Shown here piece by piece: positions 19,897 through 29,100 of a DNA stretch of 64,000 bases (positions are counted from its first letter, which is position 1; each line of letters starts with the position of its first letter). The DNA comes from an uncultured delta proteobacterium (lineage in GTDB: Bacteria; Desulfobacterota; Binatia; UBA9968). Position numbers and translations under genes: made by a program. Location of the stretch: positions 1,888,001 to 1,952,000 of the forward strand of contig CAVUVW010000013.1 in NCBI GenBank assembly GCA_963745035.1. Reading direction: 5' to 3'. The notes under the pieces are model-generated. The model saw nothing but the letters and a program-made list of their open reading frames with translations, searched no databases and was not told where the DNA came from.

Positions 19897-20778
19897 TTAC
19901 GAAAAGCCGCGCGCCGGCGCCGCCGGCTTGTTCAGCAAGAGCCAAACGTATCTCGCGCCAAGGCCGGCGACAATCATGGCGCTGCCGATGAGGGTCGCGC
20001 TCGAGGGAATCTCGTCAACCGCCAAAGCAACCCAGATCGGATTGAGCACCGGCTCGATCAAAGCGATCAGCGAAGCTTCCTGCAAAGAAACGCTCTGCAA
20101 TCCCTTGGAAAAAAGAAAATAGGGCAAACCGAGCTGCACCGATCCCATGACCGCAAGAATAACGAGCTGCGGCAAGGTGAGCTCCAGATCCGAGCTCACG
20201 ACGAGTAAAAGCGCCAGTGCGCAGAATGCGTTGTTGATCCAGGTGAGATAAATCGGATGCACCTCGCGGGTTCGTCGCAGATTGATCATGTAAGCGGCAA
20301 ACAGCGCGCCGCTAAAAAGCGCCAGCGCGACGCCCGCCATTTCCGGTTCTCCGACGCTGTCGAAGGAAATCACCGTCACTCCGGCCATTCCCGCCGCAAG
20401 GGTGAGCCAATTGAGCCGCGTGATATTTTCGCCCAGCGCCATCCGCGAAAAGAGAAACACGAAGATCGGCGCCGTATACTGGAGCACGATGGCGTTGGCC
20501 GCGCTGGTCAGCTTGTTGGCGGCAACGAACGCGCTGATCGCCGCCGTGTAGGTCAGCACCGAGACGAGCACCGGTCCGTTGATGCGCCATTCGGCGCGGC
20601 GCACAAAGGGAGTGAAAACCAGGAACGCAAACAGGCTCCGGTAAAATACGATCGTGAGCGGCGGCACGTCGAGAAACTTGATGAATACGCCGGCGAGGCT
20701 CCACAGGCAGGCAGCCGCGAGGATCAACATCCGGCCGCGGGTGATACTTTGCTGCGGGAGATCGGCAGGTTCTAGCAT
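19897..20778 (-). CDS. DMT/EamA family transporter
   Basis: About 10 hydrophobic segments; ANAIVLQYTAP and LIEPVLNPIWV. Confidence 0.88.
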   Translation of the reverse strand: MLEPADLPQQSITRGRMLILAAACLWSLAGVFIKFLDVPPLTIVFYRSLFAFLVFTPFVRRAEWRINGPVLVSVLTYTAAISAFVAANKLTSAANAIVLQYTAPIFVFLFSRMALGENITRLNWLTLAAGMAGVTVISFDSVGEPEMAGVALALFSGALFAAYMINLRRTREVHPIYLTWINNAFCALALLLVVSSDLELTLPQLVILAVMGSVQLGLPYFLFSKGLQSVSLQEASLIALIEPVLNPIWVALAVDEIPSSATLIGSAMIVAGLGARYVWLLLNKPAAPARGFS

Positions 20779-20882
20779 TCGCCCGGCTCCACGCGCGGCG
20801 GGGAGGGCGCGGAGCAACCCGCCTGCTGAACCGGCGCGTGCAGTGAAATCTCGTCGCTCCGCCGCTTGCGGCAAGGCGCATA

Positions 20883-20921
20883 AAGAAAAAATGGGATGAG
20901 AGCATTTGCCCTCATCCCATT
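20883..20921 (-). terminator. Rho-independent terminator after rplI
   Basis: 11-bp stem aatgggatgag / ctcatcccatt, followed on the minus strand by TTTTTCTTT. Confidence 0.75.
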
Positions 20922-20946
20922 CGAGGCTCTGATTGCGGCAAAAATC

Positions 20947-21393
20947 TTAGCTCTCGGAGACCACCGAGACTTTAAGCGGCACGGTAAGATCGGCGGAGAG
21001 CCGCACCGGCACTTCATGTTCTCCGGCGGTCTTGATGGGCTCGTTCAGATGAATCTTGCGGCGGTCCACGTCAATGCCTTTTGCCTTGAGCGCCTTTTCG
21101 ATCTGGATGTTCGTCACCGACCCGAAGAGCCGGCCCTCTTCGCCGACCTTCATTGGGATCGTCAGCGCTACGCCGTTCAACTGCTCGGCGACCGATTGCG
21201 CCTGACGCAGAAATTTCTGCTTTTGATCCCCGACAACTTTCTTGTGGTGCTCGTAGGTCCTGAGATTTTTCTTGTTGGCGAGCAGCACGAGCCCGCGCGG
21301 GAGCAAGTAATTGCGCGCGTAACCATCGCGCACGCGCACGACTTCGCCGATTTTGCCAAGGTTGGCGATGTCTTCCTTCAATATAACTTCCAT
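20947..21393 (-). CDS. rplI: 50S ribosomal protein L9
   Basis: MEVILKEDIANLG...GYARNYLLP and GRLFGSVT. Confidence 0.97.
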   Translation of the reverse strand: MEVILKEDIANLGKIGEVVRVRDGYARNYLLPRGLVLLANKKNLRTYEHHKKVVGDQKQKFLRQAQSVAEQLNGVALTIPMKVGEEGRLFGSVTNIQIEKALKAKGIDVDRRKIHLNEPIKTAGEHEVPVRLSADLTVPLKVSVVSES

Positions 21394-21403
21394 CATGCCT
21401 CCG

Positions 21404-22357
21404 CTACGCCGCCTGGCTCGGCGTGAGCTTGTCCTTGCCCAAGCGGCGAAAATCGCCCCATAGGTCGAACAGACCCAGGCCGACCACCAGCAGCGTAAAT
21501 ATTTGCTGAAAGATGATCAACACGTACGTGAGCCCGCGCAAAAAACGCGGCACGTTGTTCTTGTTGAAAAAGTAAGCGATCACCGCCAATCCCTGAGCAA
21601 AGTAGCAGGCGCCGATCACCACTAGGAGGTTCAGCGCCACCGCGCCGAGCAATCCCGCGCCCGGCAGGAACAAGACGAACCCGCAGGCAATCAGCCCCCA
21701 GACCAGCGGCTCAGGGGTCTTCCATTCGCGCAGATTGGGCAGCGAAAACCACTCGCCGCGCCGCTCCGGAAAGCGCCGCCCGAGGTAGAGAATATTAATC
21801 AGCACGATGAACGCGAAGCTCAACAGGAGCAGCGCCGGTAAAAGCCGCAGCATCATTTCGACGATTTGCGGCGCCTGATCCTTGAGCATGGACACGCTGT
21901 CCGCCGGCAATCCCATCTTCTCCTGCAGCCGTACCGCGGAGTCGAGCTGCTGGGTCATGCCCGCCCGCAAATCTTGAAACATCGACGCCCACGATCCGAA
22001 AAAGTAATACGAGAGTCCGGCGGTAACCGACAGCATGACGGCGGCGGCGGCGCCTACCAGATACTCCACCGCTCGGATGCGTCCCAGCAAGCCGAGCAAC
22101 AAACCCGCCATCACGGCGAATACGCCGTAGATGAAGGCCAGCTCTTGGGCGGCAAAAACAAAAAGCAGCAAGAATGCGGCGGCGAGCACGCCGAGGCCGG
22201 CAGCGATCCCATACTTGAAGCCGAACAGCAGCACGGGTTGGGGCACGAACGGCAGGAGAACGACGCCCAACGGCGGCAGGCTCACACCGCTCATGAACAG
22301 AAAAACGCTCGAAGCCAAAGCCAAAAAAAACTTGCTCGTGACTTCCACCCGCTGCAT
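21404..22357 (-). CDS. YybS/DUF2232 family membrane protein
   Basis: Polytopic, with YFAQGLAV and GLFDLWGDFR; conserved position between rpsR and rplI. Confidence 0.88.
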   Translation of the reverse strand: MQRVEVTSKFFLALASSVFLFMSGVSLPPLGVVLLPFVPQPVLLFGFKYGIAAGLGVLAAAFLLLFVFAAQELAFIYGVFAVMAGLLLGLLGRIRAVEYLVGAAAAVMLSVTAGLSYYFFGSWASMFQDLRAGMTQQLDSAVRLQEKMGLPADSVSMLKDQAPQIVEMMLRLLPALLLLSFAFIVLINILYLGRRFPERRGEWFSLPNLREWKTPEPLVWGLIACGFVLFLPGAGLLGAVALNLLVVIGACYFAQGLAVIAYFFNKNNVPRFLRGLTYVLIIFQQIFTLLVVGLGLFDLWGDFRRLGKDKLTPSQAA

Positions 22358-22380
22358 GAGAATGGACCCGGCGAAAAGCG

Positions 22381-22674
22381 CTAGTTCTTGGCGGTGGTGA
22401 ACGGCAGCAGCGCCACGCTGCGCGCCCGCTTAATGGCGACGGTGAGCAACCGTTGGTGCCCGGCGCAGTTTCCCGTGATCCGGCTCGGCGTCATCTTGCC
22501 CCGTTCGGTGACGAACTGAGTTATCATCCGCAAGTCTTTGTAATCAATCCGCAGCGTTTTGTCGGCGCAAAAACGGCACACCTTGCGCCGAAACATCGGC
22601 CGGCGGCGTGGCCCCCCCTTGTCCTCGTCCGATCTTTCCCGCGGAGGCCTCGGGCCTCGTTCCATCTGTGCCAT
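22381..22674 (-). CDS. rpsR: 30S ribosomal protein S18
   Basis: [17 protein letters not shown] and AIKRAR..LLPF. Confidence 0.97.
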   Translation of the reverse strand: MAQMERGPRPPRERSDEDKGGPRRRPMFRRKVCRFCADKTLRIDYKDLRMITQFVTERGKMTPSRITGNCAGHQRLLTVAIKRARSVALLPFTTAKN

Positions 22675-22773
22675 CGATTGCTCTACCTCTTATTTCAATT
22701 CCAAGTGTGCCTGTAATAATCTTTTAGTAATCTTTACTTTGCAGTTTTACCGACACGATGCGGCCCGCTCCGC

Positions 22774-23154
22774 TTACGCCGTAGGTTCGACCTTTGCGCC
22801 TTCTCGTTCGCCGGAATGGCGCGGCTCTTCGCCATGCGGCCGGGGCGCCGCGGGATTGGTGATCGCGCTCTCGTCCTCGCAGCGCACGGTCAAATAGCGC
22901 AAGATACCGTCGGTCAACTTGAGGTTACGCTCCAGCTCCTCCACGGCCCGTCCCGTCGCCCGGTAACGGAGCAGCGTGTAATGGCCTCTACCCTGCTTTT
23001 CGATCTTGTAAGCGAGGTCGCGCATGCCCCATTCATCGACTTGGGACATCGTACCTTCTTGGCCTTCGATCACTTTTTTAAATCTCTCGATAAATTCCTT
23101 TATTCGCGGCGCCTTTTCCGGGTGAACCACGAACAGGGTTTCGTATAGAGTCAC
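22774..23154 (-). CDS. rpsF: 30S ribosomal protein S6
   Basis: YETLFVVHP and WGMRDLAYKI; probable GTG start at 23154 after GGAGG. Confidence 0.95.
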   Translation of the reverse strand: MTLYETLFVVHPEKAPRIKEFIERFKKVIEGQEGTMSQVDEWGMRDLAYKIEKQGRGHYTLLRYRATGRAVEELERNLKLTDGILRYLTVRCEDESAITNPAAPRPHGEEPRHSGEREGAKVEPTA

Positions 23155-23214
23155 GGCCTGATTACCCTCCACAATAAGTTTTCCTGTCTAACATAGCCCC
23201 TGCGGGTTTACAAT

Positions 23215-23787
23215 TCATGCCCGGTTGTAGATCGCCATGGTCCGATCGACGCCATCGCGCAACAGGCAACCGATGGAATCGGCGGCGCGCGCGATGATAT
23301 CGCTTAGCTGCTCGAGCTCTGGAGCGGTGAATGCTTCGAGAACGTAGTCCGTCGCCTCGCACCCTTCAGGCGGCCGGCCTATGCCCACGCGCACGCGCAG
23401 AAATTGCGCGCCCGCCAACTCCTCGCTGATCGAGCTCAAGCCGCGATGTCCGCCGGCGCTACCGCTCGGACGCACGCGAATGCGGCCGAAGGGCAAATCC
23501 AGATCATCGTTGATCACCACCAGATCATCGGTCGCAATGGCGCATGCGCGCAGCAGAGCTCCAACCGCTTGACCACTCCGGTTCATGTAGGTTTGCGGCT
23601 TGGCGAGCATCACACTTTCGCCCTCGATCGTTCCTTCGCCCACCAAGGCATCGCAAAGTCTTTGCCCGAGCGCAATGCGGTTTTGCGCTGCGAGCCGATC
23701 AATGACGAGGAACCCTAAATTATGACGCGTCGGCTCATATCGCGCCCCAGGATTGCCCAGGCCAACGATCAATTTCACCGCTGACAA
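23215..23787 (-). CDS. pth: Peptidyl-tRNA hydrolase
   Basis: GLGNPG, TRHN, KPQTYMN and GGHRG. Confidence 0.96.
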   Translation of the reverse strand: MSAVKLIVGLGNPGARYEPTRHNLGFLVIDRLAAQNRIALGQRLCDALVGEGTIEGESVMLAKPQTYMNRSGQAVGALLRACAIATDDLVVINDDLDLPFGRIRVRPSGSAGGHRGLSSISEELAGAQFLRVRVGIGRPPEGCEATDYVLEAFTAPELEQLSDIIARAADSIGCLLRDGVDRTMAIYNRA

Positions 23788-23804
23788 ACCGCCAAGTCAC
23801 CCGA

Positions 23805-24458
23805 TTACGACTCTTTTTCCTTGGTCGCTTCGGCCGGCGCTGCCGCAGGCGCCGCTACCGCTCCTTCGACCGGCTCTGGCGCGGCGGGGGCTTCCTCAAC
23901 CGTCGGCGGCACCACCGCTACCAAGGCCTGATCGGCCTCGGAAACCGCGGTCACGCCCGCGGGCATGGTCAATTCTTCGATATGCACGGAATCGCCGATA
24001 TCGAGCGCGCTCACGTCCACATTGAAAAACTCCGGAATGTCGAGAGGCAGACATTCCACTTCGATCTCTCGGACAATCGGCTGGAGAATGCCGCCGCGCA
24101 CAACTCCGGCCGCCTTACCGATGAAGTGAAGCGGCACACGAACTGTGATTTTGGCGGTGAGATCGACCTCGTAGAGGTCGGCATGAATCACGCCGCCGCT
24201 GATCGGGTGATACTGCATTTCCTTCACCAGCGCGACCTTCTCAGCCAAGCTCGGCGCTGCCGATTTCAAGCGCACCAAGTGAGAGCCCTCCAGGCCGGCA
24301 ACGCGGCTCGTGAACTCGCGCTGATCCAACGCCAAGGCTACCGCTTCGGTTTTGGGGCCGTAAAGCACGGCGGGGATCTTGCCGCTGCGCAGCAGTCGCT
24401 TGGCGTCGCGTTTGCGCTGCTTGTCGCGCGCGTCCACTCGTATTTCTAGCGTTTCCAA
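23805..24458 (-). CDS. rplY: 50S ribosomal protein L25 / general stress protein Ctc
   Basis: IPAVLYG and HADLY, with the Ctc C-terminal domain. Confidence 0.95.
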   Translation of the reverse strand: METLEIRVDARDKQRKRDAKRLLRSGKIPAVLYGPKTEAVALALDQREFTSRVAGLEGSHLVRLKSAAPSLAEKVALVKEMQYHPISGGVIHADLYEVDLTAKITVRVPLHFIGKAAGVVRGGILQPIVREIEVECLPLDIPEFFNVDVSALDIGDSVHIEELTMPAGVTAVSEADQALVAVVPPTVEEAPAAPEPVEGAVAAPAAAPAEATKEKES

Positions 24459-24477
24459 GGAACACTACCTCCTGGTC

Positions 24478-25419
24478 TTAGACGAATAATGAGCTGATGG
24501 ATTCTTCTTCATGGGTGCGGCGAATCGCTTCGCCGATCAAATGCGCCACCGACAACGTTCGAATCTTCCGGCAACCCTGCGCCCGCGGCCCGAGCGGAAT
24601 CGTGTTCGTCACGATCAGCTCTTCGAGCGGGCATTCTTCGATGCGCTCGATGGCAGGGCCGGAAAGCACCGCGTGGGTGCAGCAGCCGAGAATGCGCGAC
24701 GCGCCTTCCTTTTTGAGCGCCTCCGCAGCCAACGTCAAGGTTCCGGCGGTATCGACCATATCGTCGATGAGAATGGCGATGCGCTCCTGCACGTCGCCGA
24801 TGATGTTCATTTCGGCGACCACGTTGGGGCCCGCTCGCCGTTTATCGATAATCGCGAGAGAAGCATCCAGCCGCGTAGCGATGGCGCGCGCGCGCTCCAC
24901 GCCGCCGGCGTCCGGTGAGACGATGGCAACCTCGTTATGGTCTAGTTGCTTCTTCAAGTATTCCAGCAGGACCGGAGTGGCGTACACGTTATCGACGGGA
25001 ATGTCGAAAAATCCCTGAATCTGTCCCGAATGAAGGTCCATGGTGAGCATGCGCGACGCGCCGGCGGTGGTAATCAAGTCGGCGACCAGCTTGGCGCTGA
25101 TCGGCACCCGCGGGACGACCTTTCGATCCTGGCGAGCATAGCCGTAGTACGGAATGACCGCCGTGATGCGCATCGCCGAGGCGCGCTTGAACGCGTCGAG
25201 CATGAGCAAAAGCTCCATAAGATTGTTGTTTCCGGGCGCCGACGTCGATTGCAGCACAAACACGTCCGCGCCCCGGACATTTTCTTTGATCTCGACCTTG
25301 CTCTCGCCGTCGCTGAAGGTTTCCACCACAGCCTTGCCCAACGGCAGCTTGAGATATTGGCTGATTGCCGCGGCCAAAGGCGGATTGGAATTGCCGGCAA
25401 ATATTTTTAATTCGGCCAT
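24478..25419 (-). CDS. prs: Ribose-phosphate pyrophosphokinase
   Basis: PYYGYARQDRK, DLHSGQIQGFF, VSPDAGG and IDDMVDTAGT. Confidence 0.97.
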   Translation of the reverse strand: MAELKIFAGNSNPPLAAAISQYLKLPLGKAVVETFSDGESKVEIKENVRGADVFVLQSTSAPGNNNLMELLLMLDAFKRASAMRITAVIPYYGYARQDRKVVPRVPISAKLVADLITTAGASRMLTMDLHSGQIQGFFDIPVDNVYATPVLLEYLKKQLDHNEVAIVSPDAGGVERARAIATRLDASLAIIDKRRAGPNVVAEMNIIGDVQERIAILIDDMVDTAGTLTLAAEALKKEGASRILGCCTHAVLSGPAIERIEECPLEELIVTNTIPLGPRAQGCRKIRTLSVAHLIGEAIRRTHEEESISSLFV

Positions 25420-25608
25420 CGGTTGGTAGCCTTGTTGCTTTTGCCTAAGTCGTAACCCGTTCAAGCACGTATACTCGGCGACAGCTTCTATCTACCCGCG
25501 CTCAACCGCTCCTGTCAATGTCACGCAAACGACGAGCGCCGTTCGACCCAGAACGGCGCTGTTCGGAACCATCAAATTGTATTTTCGCCAGCTCACCGAT
25601 TAGGGAAC

Positions 25609-25682
25609 TGGCTGGGCGGGAAGGATTCGAACCTTCGATACCGGATCCAAAGTCCGGGGCCTTACCGCTTGGCGACCGCCCA
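25609..25682 (-). tRNA. tRNA-Gln (TTG)
   Basis: TGGGCGGTCGCCAAGCGGTAAGGCCCCGGACTTTGGATCCGGTATCGAAGGTTCGAATCCTTCCCGCCCAGCCA forms a full cloverleaf with a CCA end. Confidence 0.96.
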
Positions 25683-25731
25683 TCCTCGGGCTTCTCGTCG
25701 AGAAGCTCGCCCGGCCGCGCGGAATTTCGCT

Positions 25732-26019
25732 TCAGTCGTCGTCGAGTCCTTTTGCGCTTCCGCCCTCGGCCAGAACCTTTTGATATTCCGCGATGATTTT
25801 CTCCTCGATCATCCTGCGCGTCTCATTGTTGATCGGATGAGCGATGTCCTTATAGGTTCCGTCCTTGCGTTTCTTGCTGGGCATCGAAACAAAGTACCCA
25901 GTGGCGCCATGGATAATTTTCAAGTCCCGGATCACGAAACAGTGATCGAGGGTAATCGTGACATAAGCTCTTAGTTTATCTTCATCGACAGGAAAGACCC
26001 TAACCTCGGTAACCTGCAT
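25732..26019 (-). CDS. spoVG: Septation regulator SpoVG
   Basis: MQVTEVRV, FVIRDLKII and FVSMPSKKRKDGTYKDIAHPI. Confidence 0.95.
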   Translation of the reverse strand: MQVTEVRVFPVDEDKLRAYVTITLDHCFVIRDLKIIHGATGYFVSMPSKKRKDGTYKDIAHPINNETRRMIEEKIIAEYQKVLAEGGSAKGLDDD

Positions 26020-26088
26020 AGGGACCCCCACTTGTGAGACGAGCGAGCTGCTTTGCTGACGGTTACTATAGGCTTTTTCGTTTCAGTC

Positions 26089-26961
26089 TTAGTTCAAAAT
26101 ATGGACCAAGAACGCTTGGGCTCCCTCCTCCTGCCGCACCCGACGAAATACGTTCAGCGACGCTTTCCTCGAAGCGAAAATTCCAAACACCGATGAGCCG
26201 CTACCCGACATTAAAACCCCTGGTGCGCCCCCGCGCAATAGCTTTCTCTTTAATGCCGCGATTTTAGGGTAGCGTTTGAAGGTCACATCTTCCAGGTCGT
26301 TTTGCAGCCGGCGTGCAAGTTCGTCGAAGCTCTTCGGCGAAGTCGCAATGCTAGTATTTACGATACTTTTTGTCAACTTTTCGCCCAACTTTCGATAGAC
26401 CCAGGCGGTCGAGACGGGAAATCCCGGATAGACGATGACACACCAAAAATATGGCAGGTCGGGGAGCCGCCGCAGCTTCTCGCCAATGCCGCGCGCCCGC
26501 GCCGGCTTGCTCCGTATAAAAAAAGGCACGTCAGCCCCAAGCACGAGCGCCATCTTCTCCAACTGGTTCGTCGACAGGCGCAGCTTGAGCAGCCGGTTGA
26601 GCCCGATCAAGGTCGCCGCGGCGTCGCTGCTCCCGCCGCCCAAACCGGCGCCGACCGGAATATTCTTCCTTATGCGAATCCACACCGGCTGCGCTTTGCG
26701 GTGTTTTTTCATGATGAGCGCGGCGGCGCGGTAGACGAGATTGGTCCTATCCTGCGGAACCGACGGATGATCGCAGCGGACTTGGATCAGCTCATCATTA
26801 AATTTGAATTGTCGCTCGGACAGTCGTCGCGCCTTGCGCAGCTCGATCTCGTCGTACAGCGATACGGGAACGATGACGGTGTCGAGCAAATGATATCCGT
26901 CCGCGCGCCGGCCGACGACGCGCAAGCTCAAATTGATTTTTGCCGGCGCTCGAATCTTCAC
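26089..26961 (-). CDS. ispE: 4-diphosphocytidyl-2-C-methyl-D-erythritol kinase
   Basis: APAKINL, IPVGAGLGGGSSDAA, GADVPFF and MSGSGS. Confidence 0.96.
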   Translation of the reverse strand: MKIRAPAKINLSLRVVGRRADGYHLLDTVIVPVSLYDEIELRKARRLSERQFKFNDELIQVRCDHPSVPQDRTNLVYRAAALIMKKHRKAQPVWIRIRKNIPVGAGLGGGSSDAAATLIGLNRLLKLRLSTNQLEKMALVLGADVPFFIRSKPARARGIGEKLRRLPDLPYFWCVIVYPGFPVSTAWVYRKLGEKLTKSIVNTSIATSPKSFDELARRLQNDLEDVTFKRYPKIAALKRKLLRGGAPGVLMSGSGSSVFGIFASRKASLNVFRRVRQEEGAQAFLVHILN

Positions 26962-27007
26962 GCGCCATTAGTTAACATAGCGCTCACTCGATTGCGAAAG
27001 AGGTTCA

Positions 27008-27811
27008 GTGAGCCACGATATTTCGAAACTCTTGAATACGGCGTGGCAGGCCGCCAACGCCGCCGGCGAGCTCATCCGCGATCATTGGCACCAGGCGAAG
27101 ACCATCGACTACAAAGGCCCGATTGACCTCGTCACCTCCACGGACCAAGGCGCGGAACGGATCATCGTCGAGATCTTGCAACGCGAATTCCCCGACCATG
27201 CGATCTTGGCGGAAGAAGAAACCCGGCTTGCCGGGGGGTCTCACGAATATCGCTGGATCGTCGATCCTCTCGACGGCACCACCAACTTCGCCCACGGCTA
27301 CCCGCAAGTCTCCGTGTCGATCGCGCTGGAATTTCGCGACGAGGTCATTTTAGGACTGGTTTACGATCCGCTGCGACGCGAGTGCTTCAGAGCAGTGAAG
27401 GGCGAAGGCGCGACTTTGAACGGCGCGCGCGTACAGACTTCCGTCGTACCCGAATTGGACAAGGCCCTCCTCGCCACCGGCTTTCCCTACGACCGGCGCG
27501 AGAACACGGATTTCTATTTGAGCTTCTTCAAAGCGTTTCTCACCCGTTGCCAGGGAATCCGGCGCGCCGGCTCGGCCGCGCTCGACCTCTGCTACGTCGC
27601 CGCCGGCAGGCTCGACGGTTTTTGGGAGCTGAAGCTCAACCCCTGGGACGTTGCCGCCGGCGCCCTGATCGTCGCCGAGGCCGGCGGCTCGATCAGTAAT
27701 TTCTCCGGCGCGGAATTTTCGATTCACGGCAACGAAACCCTCGCATCGAACGGAGTCATACACAACGAAATGGTGAGCGTGCTCAGGACAGTGGCAACTC
27801 GCGTTGACTGA
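27008..27811 (+). CDS. suhB: Inositol monophosphatase family protein SuhB
   Basis: WIVDPLDGTTNF, GSAALDL and PWDVAAG. Confidence 0.93.
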   Translation: MSHDISKLLNTAWQAANAAGELIRDHWHQAKTIDYKGPIDLVTSTDQGAERIIVEILQREFPDHAILAEEETRLAGGSHEYRWIVDPLDGTTNFAHGYPQVSVSIALEFRDEVILGLVYDPLRRECFRAVKGEGATLNGARVQTSVVPELDKALLATGFPYDRRENTDFYLSFFKAFLTRCQGIRRAGSAALDLCYVAAGRLDGFWELKLNPWDVAAGALIVAEAGGSISNFSGAEFSIHGNETLASNGVIHNEMVSVLRTVATRVD

Positions 27812-27871
27812 TTCCCGGCAGGGTGATAGAAATTTTTTGGAATTTAGCTCTGAATTTTCATTTCTTCTCGC

Positions 27872-27946
27872 GCGCCCGTAGTGAAAAGGATATCACGAGG
27901 GTCTCCGGAACCCTAAGTACAGGTTCGATTCCTGTCGGGCGCACCA
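27872..27946 (+). tRNA. tRNA-Arg (CCG)
   Basis: GCGCCCGTAGTGAAAAGGATATCACGAGGGTCTCCGGAACCCTAAGTACAGGTTCGATTCCTGTCGGGCGCACCA; anticodon stem AGGGT/ACCCT, CCA end. Confidence 0.93.
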
Positions 27947-28018
27947 ATCTCAAGACTCGGACAGCCCGAATCCTTGAAAGCCGGCTCATGGCGGACCGGC
28001 GATCAATTGCAATGGAAA

Positions 28019-28540
28019 CTAAATCTTGCCCTTTTGCCGAAGTTGGTGAATGCGTTTTTGCAGAAACGCATCCGGGTCTTGCGAGTCTGGAAACTCGGGG
28101 AGAGCTTCGGCGGCGGCTCCAAGATCGAGCAGACGCCGATGAATGGCGGCGAGATCGGTATATGCTTTTTGCGACGCGTCGATTTGCACGACGCAGTCCG
28201 TCAGGCTTCGATCGATGCGCGCCACGCACTCGTCCAGTGCGGTTTGTTCCTGCTTTGCGAGTTGGCGCAAGCGCTCCGATTCCGTGCCGATGGTCTGAAG
28301 CGCCAGCGGTCGCAGGCGCTCTTCGATCTGCGCTTGCATGTCACGCAGCATGCGCAGCAAATCTTCGAATGGAGGATCTTCAGCGGTCGTTTTTGCGCCG
28401 ACCGGAGGCGAGGTTTCCGGCGACGCGGCTGGCTCCCTGATCGAGCCGATGGCCGATTGAATGCGGGAGATTCGTTCCAGCAAGTTGCTGGGATCATCGA
28501 GCAGATGCTGAAGCTGCCGGATGGGGTCTTGTTCTGCCAC
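28019..28540 (-). CDS. Hypothetical coiled-coil protein
   Basis: 173-aa helical, L/E/Q/R-rich ORF directly downstream of an HTH gene on the same strand. Confidence 0.6.
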   Translation of the reverse strand: MAEQDPIRQLQHLLDDPSNLLERISRIQSAIGSIREPAASPETSPPVGAKTTAEDPPFEDLLRMLRDMQAQIEERLRPLALQTIGTESERLRQLAKQEQTALDECVARIDRSLTDCVVQIDASQKAYTDLAAIHRRLLDLGAAAEALPEFPDSQDPDAFLQKRIHQLRQKGKI

Positions 28541-28575
28541 GAGTAAACTATCCGAGCCGGGAAATAAAACGCGAG

Positions 28576-28791
28576 CTACTTCGCGGCGGCTACGGCGCGC
28601 GGCGCGTCATCGGCGTCGGCTAAACCCATGGATTTCGTCGAAACCAGTTCGAGCACATCGGTCCTGCTGAATCTCCAGCTCCGGCCGATGCGGTTGCCTG
28701 GAATGATGCCTTTCTCTGCGAGCTTGTAAACGGTCTTGAGATGGATCTTGAGCAGCGAGGCAACCTCCGAAGGCGTCATAATTTCTTCCAT
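28576..28791 (-). CDS. Excisionase-family HTH_17 DNA-binding protein
   Basis: IMTPSEVASLLKIHLKTVYKLAEKGIIPGNRIGRSWRF; AAGGAG RBS. Confidence 0.87.
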   Translation of the reverse strand: MEEIMTPSEVASLLKIHLKTVYKLAEKGIIPGNRIGRSWRFSRTDVLELVSTKSMGLADADDAPRAVAAAK

Positions 28792-28849
28792 CGCATGAAT
28801 CTCCTTTTCTCTTTTTCCCGAAATGGGAGCACGTCGTTGCAGTTGCAAC

Positions 28850-28864
28850 GCATGACTTATGCCA
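28850..28864 (-). promoter_or_regulatory. Putative sigma54 promoter
   Basis: Minus strand TGGCATAAGTCATGC with correct GG-N10-GC spacing. Confidence 0.5.
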
Positions 28865-29100
28865 GTCCCTGCCAGCCTGATGACCCATCAGATAAGATTT
28901 GATTTTACCGAAACTTTCCGCGCGCAGGTGAACAAATGGACCCGCTGCCGCAAAAGCGTGGCAGCGCCCATCGGCTGGACAAAATTGGCCGCTTAGTGCA
29001 GTTTTTGGCAGCGCGATGGTAGCCGAGGCGAATTCTTTAAGCGCTTCGGACGACCGGCGTGGCATTTACAGGCAAGAGAGACGGTACAGCCGAAGAATCG

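Noticed and set aside
22675-22773. Missing ssb/priB between rpsF and rpsR
   Set aside because: Common arrangement in several lineages; only a ~100 bp spacer.
25732-26019. spoVG as evidence of sporulation or transfer from Firmicutes
   Set aside because: ispE-spoVG-prs synteny is normal in deltaproteobacterial lineages.
27872-28791. Prophage or ICE integrated at tRNA-Arg
   Set aside because: No integrase, no duplicated tRNA-Arg 3' end seen, and downstream genes have core-like composition.
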